DNA of 64,000 bases. It comes from an uncultured SAR86 cluster bacterium (GTDB lineage Bacteria > Pseudomonadota > Gammaproteobacteria > Magnimaribacterales > D2472). Shown here piece after piece: positions 1-12,014 of the stretch. The position numbers were made by a program, and so were the translations under genes. The notes under the pieces were generated by a model that was given only the letters and a program-made list of their open reading frames with translations, ran no database searches and was not told the DNA's origin. The stretch spans positions 688,847 to 752,846 of the forward strand of contig CAJIYI010000001.1 of the NCBI GenBank assembly GCA_905181595.1, read 5' to 3'. Each line of letters starts with the position of its first letter. Within the stretch, counting starts at the first letter, position 1.

Positions 1-1756
1 CTTTAGCTACCCCAGACGATGCCTACGAGTTTGCTAAAGGTAAGCCTATCAAGCATCCAGCTGGGTTTGATGTGAGCCTTGATAGACCTTTGGATTTTTA
101 TGGAGTAACAGACCATGGAACTTTTCTTGGTCAAGTAGCAGAAGCAGCCACGCCAGGGAATCCGTATTACGATGCGCCTTCGAGTGCTCAGGTCAATGAT
201 CTTAATAGCCCTGAGAATCTTAAATATCTTCAACATTTAATAGAAGGCGAGAAGCCTTTGGTGGTTTTTTAATGAACACTATTACTGCTTTGGCTGAAAG
301 AAACTTAGACATTCGATACGTAGATTCAATTAGTCGAAGATGCCTGGGCTGATACGGTTGCTGCTGCGCAAAGACACAATGACCCAGGCAACTTTCACCA
401 CTTTTATTGCCTACGAATACACTGCCTCTACCCCGGACATGGGGAACTTGCATCGAAATGTAATCTTCAAAGGCAACAGAATCGCATTCCCTCTGTGCCC
501 TATGGGCGAGCCAACTCCAATGATCCTGAGGGTCTTTGGAAATGGATGGATCGTTTGCGAGAGGATGGCATTGAAAGCCTGGCAATTCCTCACAACTCTA
601 ACGGCTCCGATGGAGCTATGTTTGCGCTCAAAGACTCATTTGGTAATCCGCTGACAAAGGAATATGCTGAATTGCGCATGAGCAATGAGCCCATAGTTGA
701 AATCACGCAAGTAAAAGGAACCTCCGATACTCACCCGGTACTTTCTACCAATGATGAATGGGCTGATTTTGAAATCATGCCTTACAAGGTAGCTACCCTG
801 GATATCTCTGAGCCTAAAGGCAGTTATGTCAGAGATGCCTTGCTTGAAGGCATATCCATGGAAGCTAAGAGAAGGCTTCAACCCTTATAAATTTGGTCTC
901 ATTGGATCGAGTGATACTCATACAGCGGCTTCATCTCAAGAAGAAGATAATTTCTTTGCTAAAATTGGTTTCCTAGATTCTAATGCTGGGCTCAGAGGCT
1001 CTATTCCAATGACTGACCCAGCTTTTGTCTAGAACACGCCTCAATCATTAGAAACGGTTGATGGCAACAAATACATGAATTCATCAGCATCACATGGGGT
1101 GCCTCAGGGCTTGCCGGAGTTTGGGCAGAAGAGAATTCTACCGGATCAGTATTTACAATGCTTTTAGACGCAAAGAATCTTTTGCTACTTCGGGTCCTAG
1201 AATGACCATTCGTTTTTTTGCAGGCTATGATTTAGATGCAAGCAAGATTAATGACCCTGATTTAGTTGAGCATCTTGTATGCCAATGGAAAGATCCATGG
1301 GCTCAGATCTTGATGGGATCGCCAAAACACTCCGAGCTTTCTTTGTCTGGGCCAGTCAGAGATTCTTTCACAGCACCATTGCAGAGAGTTCAAATTATTA
1401 AAGGTTATGTTGACTCAAATGGCAACCCACAAGAACAAGTTTTTGATGTGGCCTGCTCCGATGGTGCTGCACCAGATCCTGTGACTCATCAGATGTCCTG
1501 ATAACAACGCCAAAGTTGATATTTCTAATTGTGCCTTTTCCCAAGATGTTGGTGACTGCTGAGCTGAAAACCTTTTGGAGTGATCCAACCTTTGAGGTCG
1601 ATCAAAGAGCTTTTTATTATGTCAGAGCTCTTAGAGAATCCAACCTGTAGATGGAGCACCTGGGATGCTATTAGAAACGATGTTGAACCAAGATCGGATA
1701 TGCCAAAAACCATCCAAGAACGTGTTTGGTCTTCACCCATTCATTACATTCCCTAA
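1..1756 (+). CDS. DUF3604 family protein (PHP-like), 5' truncated by the window and split by several frameshifts
   Basis: Consecutive fragments carry family motifs: PLDFYGVTDH, GNLHRNVIF, AIPHNSNGSDG, VEITQVKGTS, GLIGSSDTH, FATSGPR, ENPTCRWS, IQERVWSSPIHY; stop TAA at 1754-1756. Confidence 0.8.
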
Positions 1757-1771
1757 ACAGCTTACTCAATT

Positions 1772-2763
1772 ATGAAAAACCTATCTGCATGGATTGCTGC
1801 ATATTTAATTCTTATTGCTAACCCTCTAAGCGCAGAAACTTTTACAATACCAACGACGATGAAAATGGGAAGTCATTTGGTCAGCTGATGAGCTGGGTTT
1901 TTGATGGAGAAAAAAGCCCAGATAAAATAGAGATAGAAACTTCTGATCAATGGCGGACTCTAACCCGACGAGGATGAATCCTATGCAGTCTGGATTGGGC
2001 ATGCGACCTACCTGATTAATAATCGGCGACATTAATATTCTGACCGATCCCATATTTTCCAAGCGAGCATCTCCCATTGGATTTGCTGGACCCAAACGCA
2101 TGATTCCTCCGGTTATGTCTATGAAAGACCTGCCAACCATTGATGTGGTGGTGGTGAGTCACAATCATTACGATCATCTTGATATGTATTCTCTAAAAAA
2201 GCTCCATAAAATCAATCCTGAGACTATTTTTTTGGTACCCATGGGCGATGGAAAAAGATTAAAAAGAGGCAGGCTTAACTCAAGTGCATGAGATGAGATG
2301 GTGGGAAAGCATGGAAGTAGGGCGCTCGACTATTCATTTCACCCCCGTTCAACATTGGTCTAAAAGAGGGCTGTTTGATCGCAACAAAAGCTTATGGGGT
2401 GGTTGGTTCTTTGAAACAAGTGATCTCAAGCTTTATCATGCCGGAGACACGGGTTACTCGAACGATTTTAATACCACATATCAGAGGCTTGGAGCTCCAG
2501 ATTACTCTTTTATTCCCATTGGAGCCTATGACCCAAGATGGTTCATGAAAGACTCTCACGTTAACCCTGAGGAGGCTGTTCAGATAGCTTTAGATCTAAA
2601 AACTCCTCATTCTTTTGGGATGCATTGGGGAACATTTACCCTGACAGATGAGCCGGTAGCAGAACCGCCACAAAGACTTGCAGCTGAATTAAAAGCCAAA
2701 GGTTTAAGCCCAGATTTTTTTCGCTCACCTAAGCCTGGTGAAGTCCTCTCTTTGTCAAAATAA
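1772..2763 (+). CDS. MBL-fold metallo-hydrolase (NAPE-PLD/RomA-like), frameshifted
   Basis: ILTDPIFSKRASP, SHNHYDHLD, PVQHWSKRG, YHAGDTGY, PIGAYDPRWFM, GMHWGTF motifs spread over several frames. Confidence 0.8.
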
Positions 2764-2779
2764 ATCGTATAATCTTTCT

Positions 2780-3148
2780 ATGGATCAATTAAATGTATTT
2801 GGCGAAGTATTACCCATTTGTTGCGAAGAACCTATGACTGGGTTCACTCGCTCTGGCTCATGTGAAACCATGGACCAAGATCATGGCATGCACACTGTGT
2901 GCGCTCACATGACCGATGAGTTCTTGGCTTTCTCTAAAGCTCAAGGCAATGATCTCTCAACTCCCATGCCTGAATACGGCTTTCCAGGCCTAAAGGACGG
3001 GGATGATTGGTGTTTATGCGCCCCAAGGTGGGTAGAGGCCTATGAAGCCAATTGTGCTCCTAAGATCTACCTAACCAAAACACACGAGAAAACCCTAGAA
3101 TTAGTCCCTTTAAAAATTCTTAGAGAATACGCCTTAGATATTAATTAG
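2780..3148 (+). CDS. DUF2237 family protein
   Basis: NVFGEVL..C...PMTGF.R.GSC, HTVCA, GNDLSTP, WCLCAPRW motifs; ATG at 2780. Confidence 0.85.
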   Translation: MDQLNVFGEVLPICCEEPMTGFTRSGSCETMDQDHGMHTVCAHMTDEFLAFSKAQGNDLSTPMPEYGFPGLKDGDDWCLCAPRWVEAYEANCAPKIYLTKTHEKTLELVPLKILREYALDIN

Positions 3149-3161
3149 GTCATAACAGACG

Positions 3162-4307
3162 ATGTACGAAATACTTACAGTGGCAATTGCGATCACCTTG
3201 ACGACCTCAGTCTTTGTCTGTGTAAAGTGGCGCAATGTTCGATGTGTTGGAAAAACACCGATGTCGCTATTAGCCTTTTCAGCAATTTTATTTACCTCTG
3301 GCCTAGACGTTGGCTTGATCATGTTTCCCCTCGTAGAGTTCCCTGTCTATGCAACTGAGGAGGCCTATAGTTTCACGAATCCGCTGGCGATTGAATTTGG
3401 TTTCTGGGGCTTTCTAGTGTGGGCCTTTTATTTTTTAACCACCTTCTATTTTTGCGTTGTTGAGCCTAAGCTGGGACTTTTCCAATACAGACCCATCCGT
3501 TGGATTAATAATCTCATTATTATTGCCACCTGTGCATTTACCGCCTATTTATTTCTCAGTTATGTGCCCAGTTATATTGCCGGAATTTCTCTCTTTCAGC
3601 AGTACCTCTTAGTAGGTCTTATCATTTTTATAGGAGTTTTTTCGAGCACTGATATCCGGTATATTAAACTCCTCAGCTTAGGGTCTAGCGCGTTATTTAT
3701 AGTGCTAACGTTAGTCATGCTTGGGGCCTCTGGCACCTCGGTTAGCGGATACTTGGAATCCATGGCCAACCTGACGGGCTATTTTGAGAATATTCACCGC
3801 TTCATTAGTCCGATCAGCGACTACCATGGCTGGTATTTATCTTGGTGGTTTGCCTGGAGCATCATGATAGGTCAGTTTGTCGCGAGATTTGTCTGTGGGC
3901 TTAAAACTTGGCAATTGCTGATCGCCTTATTGGTGATTCCCTCTGTAGCTATAGCGTTGTGGTTTTCAACACTGTATTACTATTTTTATAATAGTATCGC
4001 TGTTACAGGAATGCTCCGCTGGGCGATGGTGACTCTTGGCGTGATTTTTGTGATTAACTCTCTCGACTCACTTATCCGTCTATACACTGACAATTTGGAT
4101 TTTAGTGTTGAGCGACTGGGGCGTGCACAATACGTTCTAGGAAATTGTTTGTTGCTCGGTACTCTGGTGCTGTTATATCAGCTCACACCGCTTAAAATTG
4201 AGTGGGTAGGGTTAGTTGTTATTGGCCTATATGCAGTGATTTATAGTCTTGTGTTCAAGCATAGAAAAAAACTGCGCGACAGTTTTATGCTCGCAGAGGA
4301 TAGTTAA
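3162..4307 (+). CDS. Short BCCT-family (betaine/choline/carnitine) transporter
   Basis: Polytopic membrane protein with LFTSGLDVGLIMFP and WWFAWSIMIGQFVARF motifs; directly upstream of betA. Confidence 0.75.
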   Translation: MYEILTVAIAITLTTSVFVCVKWRNVRCVGKTPMSLLAFSAILFTSGLDVGLIMFPLVEFPVYATEEAYSFTNPLAIEFGFWGFLVWAFYFLTTFYFCVVEPKLGLFQYRPIRWINNLIIIATCAFTAYLFLSYVPSYIAGISLFQQYLLVGLIIFIGVFSSTDIRYIKLLSLGSSALFIVLTLVMLGASGTSVSGYLESMANLTGYFENIHRFISPISDYHGWYLSWWFAWSIMIGQFVARFVCGLKTWQLLIALLVIPSVAIALWFSTLYYYFYNSIAVTGMLRWAMVTLGVIFVINSLDSLIRLYTDNLDFSVERLGRAQYVLGNCLLLGTLVLLYQLTPLKIEWVGLVVIGLYAVIYSLVFKHRKKLRDSFMLAEDS

Positions 4308-4338
4308 CAGTTTGAAGGTTATGGAAAGCATGCATTAA

Positions 4339-6024
4339 ATGAAAGAGTATGACTACATTGTGGTAGGCGCGGGTTCTGCAGGAGCAATCGTTGCTGCGCG
4401 CCTCAGCGAAGATCCTAACTGCTCCGTATTGCTGTTGGAATATGGTGGCAGTGATCGCAGTGTGTTTATTCGCATGCCTTCGGCTCTGGGCATCCCAATG
4501 AACAGTAAAAAATATAATTGGGGGTTCGAAAGCGCGCCAGAACCGCACTTAAATAATCGGCGTATGAACTGTCCTCGAGGAAAAGTGCTAGGCGGCACTT
4601 CATCTATAAACGGTATGGTATATGTGAGAGGCCATGCTCACGATTATGACGAATGGGAGGCCTGTGGGGCGGTTGGTTGGAACTATCAAAGTTGTTTGCC
4701 TTACTTTAAAAAGTTAGAGAGTCACGAGTGCGTTGCGAGTGAGTACGCTGGCAGTGACGGGCCTGTTTCGGTTAGTGGAGGCAACAACATGCGGAACCCA
4801 CTCTACCGCGCGTTTATTGACGCTGGGGTCGATGCTGGATACGCCGAAACAGATGACTATAACGGTTTCCGACAGGAGGGCTTTGGACAAAAGTTTATGA
4901 CGGTTGATCGTGGGGTACGTGCATCTACCAGTCATGCCTATCTGGACACGGCAAAAAAGCGCAGTAACTTGACACTATTAAAGCATGCCTTAGTGACTAA
5001 AGTTGTTTTTGACGACAAAACGGCAACAGGCATTCAATGCGAAGTTCGGGGCACAATGCAGACATTTGCCGCGCGACGTGAGGTAATCCTCTGTGCTGGG
5101 GCGATCGGATCGCCGCATCTACTGCAGGTGTCAGGCGTTGGGCCAGGTGAGGTGTTGCAGGCAGCTGGGATTAAAGTGGTACATGATTTGCCGGGAGTCG
5201 GAGAGAATCTGCAAGATCACTTAGAGTTCAATTTTCAATACCGCTGCAAACAGCCGATAAGCCTCAACAGTAAGTTGGGATTATTTAACAAGGCCCTGAT
5301 TGGAGCGCGTTGGCTCTTGTTTAAAACGGGCTTAGGCCGAACGAATCACTTTGAATCTTGCGCGTTTATCCGGTCCAGAGCCGGAGTCAAGTGGCCTGAC
5401 ATTCAATACCATTTTTTGCCTGGCGCGATTACCTATGATGGCAAGGTGGCGTTTAAGGACCATGGCTTCCAAGTGCATGTTGGGCATAACAAGCCTACCA
5501 GTCGGGGTCATGTGAGGGCGGTATCTGAAGACGTAAAGCAGCATCCAGAAATACTGTTTAACTATCTGGAGACAGAGCAGGATAGGCAAGGATTTCGAGA
5601 TTGTGTACATTTAACCCGAGAAATTATGCGCCAGCCAGCAATGGATGCGTTCCGAGACGAAGTGATTCAGCCCCTGGCAGAGGTTCAAACCAATGATCAG
5701 ATTGACGCCTTTGTTCGTGAGTCGGTTGACAGTGCCTATCATCCATCGTGTACCTGCAAGATAGGGGTTGATTCCATGGCGGTTGTCGATCCAGATCTCA
5801 GAGTGATAGGCTTGAAAAAATTGCGGATTGTCGATTCATCGGTTTTTCCCACGGTCCCCAATGGTAATCTCAATGGGCCCACCATGATGGTTGCTGAGCG
5901 CGGTGCGGATATAATCAAAGGCGTTACAGAGCCCTCGATTTCAGTGAAGGTATATACGGATCCCCAGTGGCAGAAACGGCAGAGGGAAGGGACGCCTCGA
6001 CGCGCAATAGTTGAAAAGGGCTGA
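4339..6024 (+). CDS. betA: Choline dehydrogenase (GMC oxidoreductase)
   Basis: [58 protein letters not shown]. Confidence 0.92.
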   Translation: MKEYDYIVVGAGSAGAIVAARLSEDPNCSVLLLEYGGSDRSVFIRMPSALGIPMNSKKYNWGFESAPEPHLNNRRMNCPRGKVLGGTSSINGMVYVRGHAHDYDEWEACGAVGWNYQSCLPYFKKLESHECVASEYAGSDGPVSVSGGNNMRNPLYRAFIDAGVDAGYAETDDYNGFRQEGFGQKFMTVDRGVRASTSHAYLDTAKKRSNLTLLKHALVTKVVFDDKTATGIQCEVRGTMQTFAARREVILCAGAIGSPHLLQVSGVGPGEVLQAAGIKVVHDLPGVGENLQDHLEFNFQYRCKQPISLNSKLGLFNKALIGARWLLFKTGLGRTNHFESCAFIRSRAGVKWPDIQYHFLPGAITYDGKVAFKDHGFQVHVGHNKPTSRGHVRAVSEDVKQHPEILFNYLETEQDRQGFRDCVHLTREIMRQPAMDAFRDEVIQPLAEVQTNDQIDAFVRESVDSAYHPSCTCKIGVDSMAVVDPDLRVIGLKKLRIVDSSVFPTVPNGNLNGPTMMVAERGADIIKGVTEPSISVKVYTDPQWQKRQREGTPRRAIVEKG

Positions 6025-6094
6025 GTCTACAAAAAGAATGCACGTGCGAATTACCCACAGTGGAAGCTGAGGAAGAATCTATGGAATATGGACA

Positions 6095-6472
6095 ATGAAG
6101 AAGTTTAAAACAATCTATTTTATCTATGATGCAGATGGTGGAATGTGGAATGGAATCAAATATTGGTATCAAAAGAATATCTTAGAAGAAGGCAGTGCGT
6201 GTGAGTTATGTGATATTTCTCACAGCAAATACTTTGTCAGACTAGAATGGTTGCAATTTATCAACGAACTCAAAAAAGAATACAAGGTGAAGGTATTGCA
6301 CCGAAATGAGATTCCCAAAAATATTCAAGAAAAAAATTATTTATTTCCCTGTGTGATAGGTGAGACAGACAATGAATTAATACAAATTATAGATAAGATT
6401 GCATTCATAGACTGGGGCAAATCCACAAATGTAAAAGACTTAAAGGAATACTTCTCTCAGGCGATTGCATAA
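6095..6472 (+). CDS. Hypothetical protein (CxxC-containing)
   Basis: 125-aa ORF, IYDADGG...CELCDISH. Confidence 0.6.
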   Translation: MKKFKTIYFIYDADGGMWNGIKYWYQKNILEEGSACELCDISHSKYFVRLEWLQFINELKKEYKVKVLHRNEIPKNIQEKNYLFPCVIGETDNELIQIIDKIAFIDWGKSTNVKDLKEYFSQAIA

Positions 6473-6550
6473 ATCCCAAAGATAAAATTAATATAGTTTT
6501 TATTTAAACATACAGTGTTAATATTATTTGTTTAACTTAAGGAGAAATAG

Positions 6551-7037
6551 ATGAAGAATTTATCAATGTTATTTAGTCTGCTTGTCATATTTGCAGTGCA
6601 AGTTGACGCAGCACCATCAAAAGCTGAAGCAGAAGTTTCCAAAGCTTTTACTGAGTATTTTCAAGCACGCCAAAAGCAGGACTACAAAACTGTTGTAGCG
6701 CTAGAAAGTGCATCAGGAACCATGAACACTAACTCCGATGGAAGTTTTCATAAGCCTTTAAACAAGCAATCAGAAGCAGATTGGAAAGCAGGTACTTTGG
6801 GCGGAGCATTAGCAGACTTATCACCCAGATTTTACTGAACTATCCGATGACGTTGTGCACGTAAGATTTTATTACGAAGGTGTTATTGAGACTCCTAGCG
6901 TAACTAGAGACTACAGAACCAGAGCATCCATGAACTGGGTTAAAGAGAGTGGAAAGTGGGTTGCTAAAACAATGCATTTTTCAGCAGCTAGTTTTGGTGA
7001 AGTGACAGTCACTCAAGCAAGCGACTTTGAAGACTAG
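6551..7037 (+). CDS. Secreted NTF2/SnoaL-like protein, frameshifted near 6815-6835
   Basis: AAGGAG RBS, signal peptide, C-terminal WVKESGKWVAKTMHFS typical of NTF2-like folds. Confidence 0.65.
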
Positions 7038-7048
7038 TTAGTTTTTCT

Positions 7049-8271
7049 TCAGGCCTCAGGTATCGCTTGAGGCCTGTTGATCCAAGGCAGGATCAATATA
7101 TTAATCACTGAATAAACCATTAAGCTGATAGCAACTTGAGCTAAGCTAATTTCAAGATACGCATACACACCCACCATCAGAAATAACGCAAGTCGCGTTG
7201 CTTCCATCACAAAACCTTTCTTTCCATCAAGCCACAGCGAAGTGCAATACATGGTGAATGCCATCATGGTAACGGTCACAAAAAGTTGTTGATAATTTAA
7301 TTCACCACTTTCTAATATAGTGAATCCAACGATAGCTCAATGCGAGCAACTGAAAGAAGGCATAGAACTTAATTTTGGTTGGGACCTTAGGATTGTATTT
7401 TTTAAATGTTGCAGCATTAAAATCATCTTTTTCTGATGCCACTGAAAGTGAGGAAGGCTGCCAACCTGTTTTTGCAAAGGGCACAAAGAACTTTTCTTTC
7501 CAGCTTTGCGCATACCAGATATCTTTAAACATCTTCACATAGACATGAAGGTTGGCCCAAATTGGATTAAATGTATTAATTTTGCCTCTGATACCGTAGA
7601 TGGGAGCCACTGCGTCATCTTCTTCTTTGTAGGTACCAAACATTCGATCCCAGATAATAAATACCCCACCGTAGTTCTTATCAATGTAGCTTTCGTTTTG
7701 TGCATGGTGAACGCGGTGATTTGAAGCCGTAACAAAAAAGTTTTCATACCAGCCCAGTTTAGGAATGTGCTCGCTGTGGACCCAGAATTGATAAATAAGA
7801 TTAACAGAGGCAACACTTATAAACACATAAGAGGGCACACCAATCAAAAACACTGGGATGTAAAAGACCCAAGTCACCAAGGCTCCAGTTCCAGTTTGCC
7901 TTAAGGCAGTGCTTAAGTTGTAATCTTCGCTTTGATGATGAGCCACATGAGACGCCCAAAATATTTGTCTTTCATGACTGATTCTGTGAAACCAGTAATA
8001 CAACAAGGTCGTACACCACAAACGCAAAGATCCATACCAGGGGTGAGCTCGCATCCATGCGCCATAAGCTATTGTTTGTTTCAATGAGATAAAAGACATA
8101 ACCGCCAAGGCTAATAATGATTAACTTGTTTGCAGTTCTTAATGTGCCCATAAAAAGACTGCTAATTGCATCATTGAGTCGATAGGTATTCTTCTTTTTT
8201 ACGATACCGTATGCCAGCTCAATTAATATGGCAATTAAAAAAAACGGAACTGCATAGGGTACATAATCCAT
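7049..8271 (-). CDS. Sterol desaturase/fatty acid hydroxylase family, alkylglycerol monooxygenase-like, frameshifted
   Basis: His boxes YYWFHRISH, HVAHHQSEDYNLSTALRQ, FWVH, HRVHH, DKNYGG across three fragments. Confidence 0.85.
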
Positions 8272-8278
8272 TTAAAAA

Positions 8279-8710
8279 TTAGGCAGGGTAACTCTTGTGC
8301 ATAGCTGTAAACCTAGAATAACAAACTCTTTTGCCGGCATCGTCTGTAATATCGATGTTCCAAACAGAAGTTGAGCCACCAATATGCACAGGCATTGCTT
8401 TAGCATAGACAAATCCTTCAGTCGGAGAAGAGAGGTGATTTGCATTGATTTCGATGCCTACCGGATATTTCTTTTCACTGTCCATCGATAGAGCAGCAGC
8501 AGTGCTTCCTAAGCTTTCAGCAAGCACACATGAAGCCCCGCCATGAAGAATTCCATAAGGTTGTTTAGTTTTCTCTATTACTGGCATCCTGGCAATAATG
8601 TAATCGTCTCCAATTTCAGTAAACTCGATGCCGAGATTTTTATCCATATTCACAGCAGAATCTTTTAAATCTTCAATTGAAAGCGGCTTAAACCATATCG
8701 TGTTTTTCAT
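8279..8710 (-). CDS. Hotdog-fold acyl-CoA thioesterase (PaaI/YdiI-MenI family)
   Basis: KQPYGILHGGASCVLAESLGS, GIEINANHL. Confidence 0.88.
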   Translation of the reverse strand: MKNTIWFKPLSIEDLKDSAVNMDKNLGIEFTEIGDDYIIARMPVIEKTKQPYGILHGGASCVLAESLGSTAAALSMDSEKKYPVGIEINANHLSSPTEGFVYAKAMPVHIGGSTSVWNIDITDDAGKRVCYSRFTAMHKSYPA

Positions 8711-8789
8711 GCAATCATTTTATATCAATGTCAGAACAAGGAAAGCTTCTTTGTTTTTGATACACTAGCTTTTTTTAAAGATACCAATA

Positions 8790-10665
8790 ATGCTTTCATT
8801 CACTAATCTAGCTCTTCGCAGAGGCCCAAATCTTCTATTTGAAGATGTGTCTTTTGTGATTCATAGAGATAAGAAGGTTGGATTAATTGGAGCCAATGGG
8901 GCAGGGAAGACGAGTCTTTTTAAAATGATTACAGGTGAGTTGGACGTAGAGGATGGGTACTTGGACTATCCCCAAGATTTAAGAATTTCATATTTAGCGC
9001 AGGAAGTTGTTGGTACAGATCAAAGAGCAGTCGAATACGTTCTTGAGGGAGACAAACAACTCATAAAAATTCAGCAACAAATAAAATCCGCAGAAGCTAA
9101 CGAGCAATTTGATAAGTTGGGTGAGTTACATGAGATTTTTAATTCTCTGGATGGTCACTCTGCTTTATCAAAAGCGGAGCAACTCATGGTTGGCTTGGGG
9201 TTCACTCAAGACGACTTGGGTAAAACTGTTAAAGATTTTTCAGGTGGCTGGAGAGTAAGATTGAACTTAGCAAGAACCTTGATGCAACCTTCGGATTTAT
9301 TGCTGCTTGATGAGCCAACAAACCATTTGGATCTTGACGCCATTGTTTGGCTTTCAGATTGGATCAGATCATTTAAGGGTGCTTTGCTGCTTATCTCTCA
9401 TGACAGAGAATTTTTAGATGAATGCGTTAATACCATTGCCCATATCAGCAAACAATCCATTGAACTCTACACAGGCAATTACTCTCAATTTGAAGAAGTG
9501 AAAGCTTTAAGGCTTGCCGAGGTAGCAGCCAGTTACAAAAAGCAACAACGTCAAATTGAGCACATGCAAGATTTCGTTAGACGCTTTAAAGCTAAAGCCA
9601 CCAAAGCCAAGCAAGCCCAGAGCAGAGTTAAGGCATTAGAGCGCATGGAAGTCATTGCACCTGCACACGTGGACTCCCCGTTTCATTTTTCTATCCCTCA
9701 ATCCGATAAGATTTCTGATCCCTTGCTTACTTTGGATCGAGCCAACTTAGGTTACTCAGAAAAAGTTCTTTCAAGCGTGAACATCAGCTTACATCCAGGT
9801 GATCGAATAGGCCTTCTTGGACCCAATGGTGCTGGTAAATCTACCTTAATTAAAAGTCTCGTAGGGGCCATCTCACTGCTTGATGGAGATAGATTTGAAG
9901 GCAGCAATTTAAAAGTAGGTTATTTCTCTCAGCACCAAGTAGATGACTTAGATTTAACGAAAACAGCCTATCGAATGTATTCATCAGATGGACACGCAAA
10001 AGACCGAACAACAGGTTCGAACCTACTTGGGTGGGTTTGATTTTAAGAACGATAAAGTTAAAGACTCCATAGAATTATTTTCTGGTGGAGAGAAAGCCAG
10101 GCTAGCACTGGCCATGATTGCCTATCAGAAACCCAACCTTTTACTTTTAGATGAGCCAACCAACCATTTGGACATGGAGATGCGTCAAGCACTAACCATG
10201 GCGCTGCAATCTTTTGGTGGGGCTATCTTATTAATCTCTCATGACAGACATCTACTTGCCAACAATGTGGATCAATTTTTGTTAATCGACGATGGAGAAG
10301 TTCAAGAATATGCTGGCGACCTGCAAGACTACAGCACAAGAATTCTAGCCAACCTCAGCAAATCTCATCCAAAAAAATCAGCAGGCAAGGCTAAGACTCC
10401 TGGCGCAAATAAAAAAGCAGACCAAAAACTGTTGCGTCAAATTAAAGCTGAGATTATGGGTGCTGAAAAAAGATTAAAACGTCTCCAAGAGAAAATTGGA
10501 GAAGTTGAGGCTGTATTGCAGTCACCCGATACGTACGACGGTAATTTCCAAGACGATCTGCATGATCTCATTAGAAATCAAACCGAACTCAAATCTCAGA
10601 TAGAAGAGGTAGAGAAGGTTTGGCTAACTGCAAATGAAAAGTTAGAAGCTGCGCAATCAGATTAA
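8790..10665 (+). CDS. ABC-F family ATPase (YheS-like), one frameshift near 9975
   Basis: Two ABC cassettes (GANGAGKT, FSGGWR, LLLDEPTNHLD; GPNGAGKS, FSGGEK), no transmembrane segments, C-terminal coiled coil. Confidence 0.9.
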
Positions 10666-12014
10666 AACTTAACAGGCATCTCTTGGATCGCATGCACAAA
10701 ATTATTCGGTGCAACTTTCCATTCACCGTTCATGTGAATATCAGGAAAACGCTGAAGTATTTGAGTGTAAGATTCTGCTAATTGCATTAAAGCCACAGGC
10801 TTCCCAACACAGGTATGACGACCAATACCGAAAGCTAGATGCTTGTCGGCATTCTCTCTTTCAATATCAAACTTATCAGGATTAGTAAAAACAGATGGAT
10901 CTCGATTTGCAGCTCCATACCACATGACAATTTTTTCTCCTGGGCCCATGAGCTGATCGCCGACTTGCGTTTCGCACGTTGTGGTTCTTCGCATATGCAT
11001 AACAGGGGAAATCATTCGGATACACTCTTGAACAAAGTTCGGCATGAGATCCGGGTTATCAATTAATTTTTGACGTTGATCTGGGTTTTCAGTCAGCAGT
11101 TTAATCGCACCACTTAAGGTATTCCTCGTTGTGTCATTGCCAGCAAAGATTATTAGCAACCAAGAACCATCTAAGAATTCTTGGCTCAGTTGTTGCCCCT
11201 CAATTTCAGCATTAGCTATGGCTGAGAGCAAATCATCTTGAGGATTCTTACGCTTGCTGTTTAAGATATCTCTGCCGTACTCAAACATTTCATCGATCAT
11301 GTTGTTGAACATATCGATCATCTCTGTATTGACAGGTTCCTTGGTGTGCTCTGCATCCAATTCTTTTTTCATTTGATCCACTTGAATGTATTGGGCAAGT
11401 TCCAAGAACTCCATCCAGGTAACAAGTTTTTGCCTGTCAGCTTCTGGAATTCCTAATATTTCTGAAAGGGTATAAATAGGCAGTTGTTGAGCAAAGTCAT
11501 GCACAAAATTACATTCTCCTTTTGGTTCAATTGTATCTAAGAGGGCTGTAATCTTTGCGCTAACCTTCACTCTTAAATTAGAGACATAATCTGGTTTAAA
11601 AAACGGCATGTGCTCGCGTCGAAGATTGATGTGAAGAGCCCCATCAAGATTGAGCATGTGATCAATTGCTGATCGCCATAATTTTGGATGACGTCTATCT
11701 TCTCTGCCAAGAGTCATCATGGTCCCTGTGCCCATTTGTGATGAGAAAGTTGAAGGATCCGATGAGACTTTTAGAATATCGGCATGGTTTGTTAGCGACC
11801 AAAACCCAGGTTCAATATCTCCAACCATCGGAGGATGCCAAAAGACCGGAGCCTGATCTCTCATTTCTTTAAATTCCTTAATCGGCTGACCTTTGGTAAA
11901 TAGATCTAGGTCCGTTAAATTAATGGTGGTTTTAAAATCATGAGCCGCAGGGTGCTGCCTTTTGTTAAATGTTGAGTTGGCAATTTCTTTGCTAATTGAT
12001 AGTGGGCTGCTCAT
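10662..12014 (-). CDS. Cytochrome P450 (CYP125/CYP124/CYP153-like)
   Basis: I-helix AGNDTTR, ExxR (ECIR), heme-binding HLAFGIGRHTCVG. Confidence 0.92.
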   Translation of the reverse strand: MSSPLSISKEIANSTFNKRQHPAAHDFKTTINLTDLDLFTKGQPIKEFKEMRDQAPVFWHPPMVGDIEPGFWSLTNHADILKVSSDPSTFSSQMGTGTMMTLGREDRRHPKLWRSAIDHMLNLDGALHINLRREHMPFFKPDYVSNLRVKVSAKITALLDTIEPKGECNFVHDFAQQLPIYTLSEILGIPEADRQKLVTWMEFLELAQYIQVDQMKKELDAEHTKEPVNTEMIDMFNNMIDEMFEYGRDILNSKRKNPQDDLLSAIANAEIEGQQLSQEFLDGSWLLIIFAGNDTTRNTLSGAIKLLTENPDQRQKLIDNPDLMPNFVQECIRMISPVMHMRRTTTCETQVGDQLMGPGEKIVMWYGAANRDPSVFTNPDKFDIERENADKHLAFGIGRHTCVGKPVALMQLAESYTQILQRFPDIHMNGEWKVAPNNFVHAIQEMPVKF

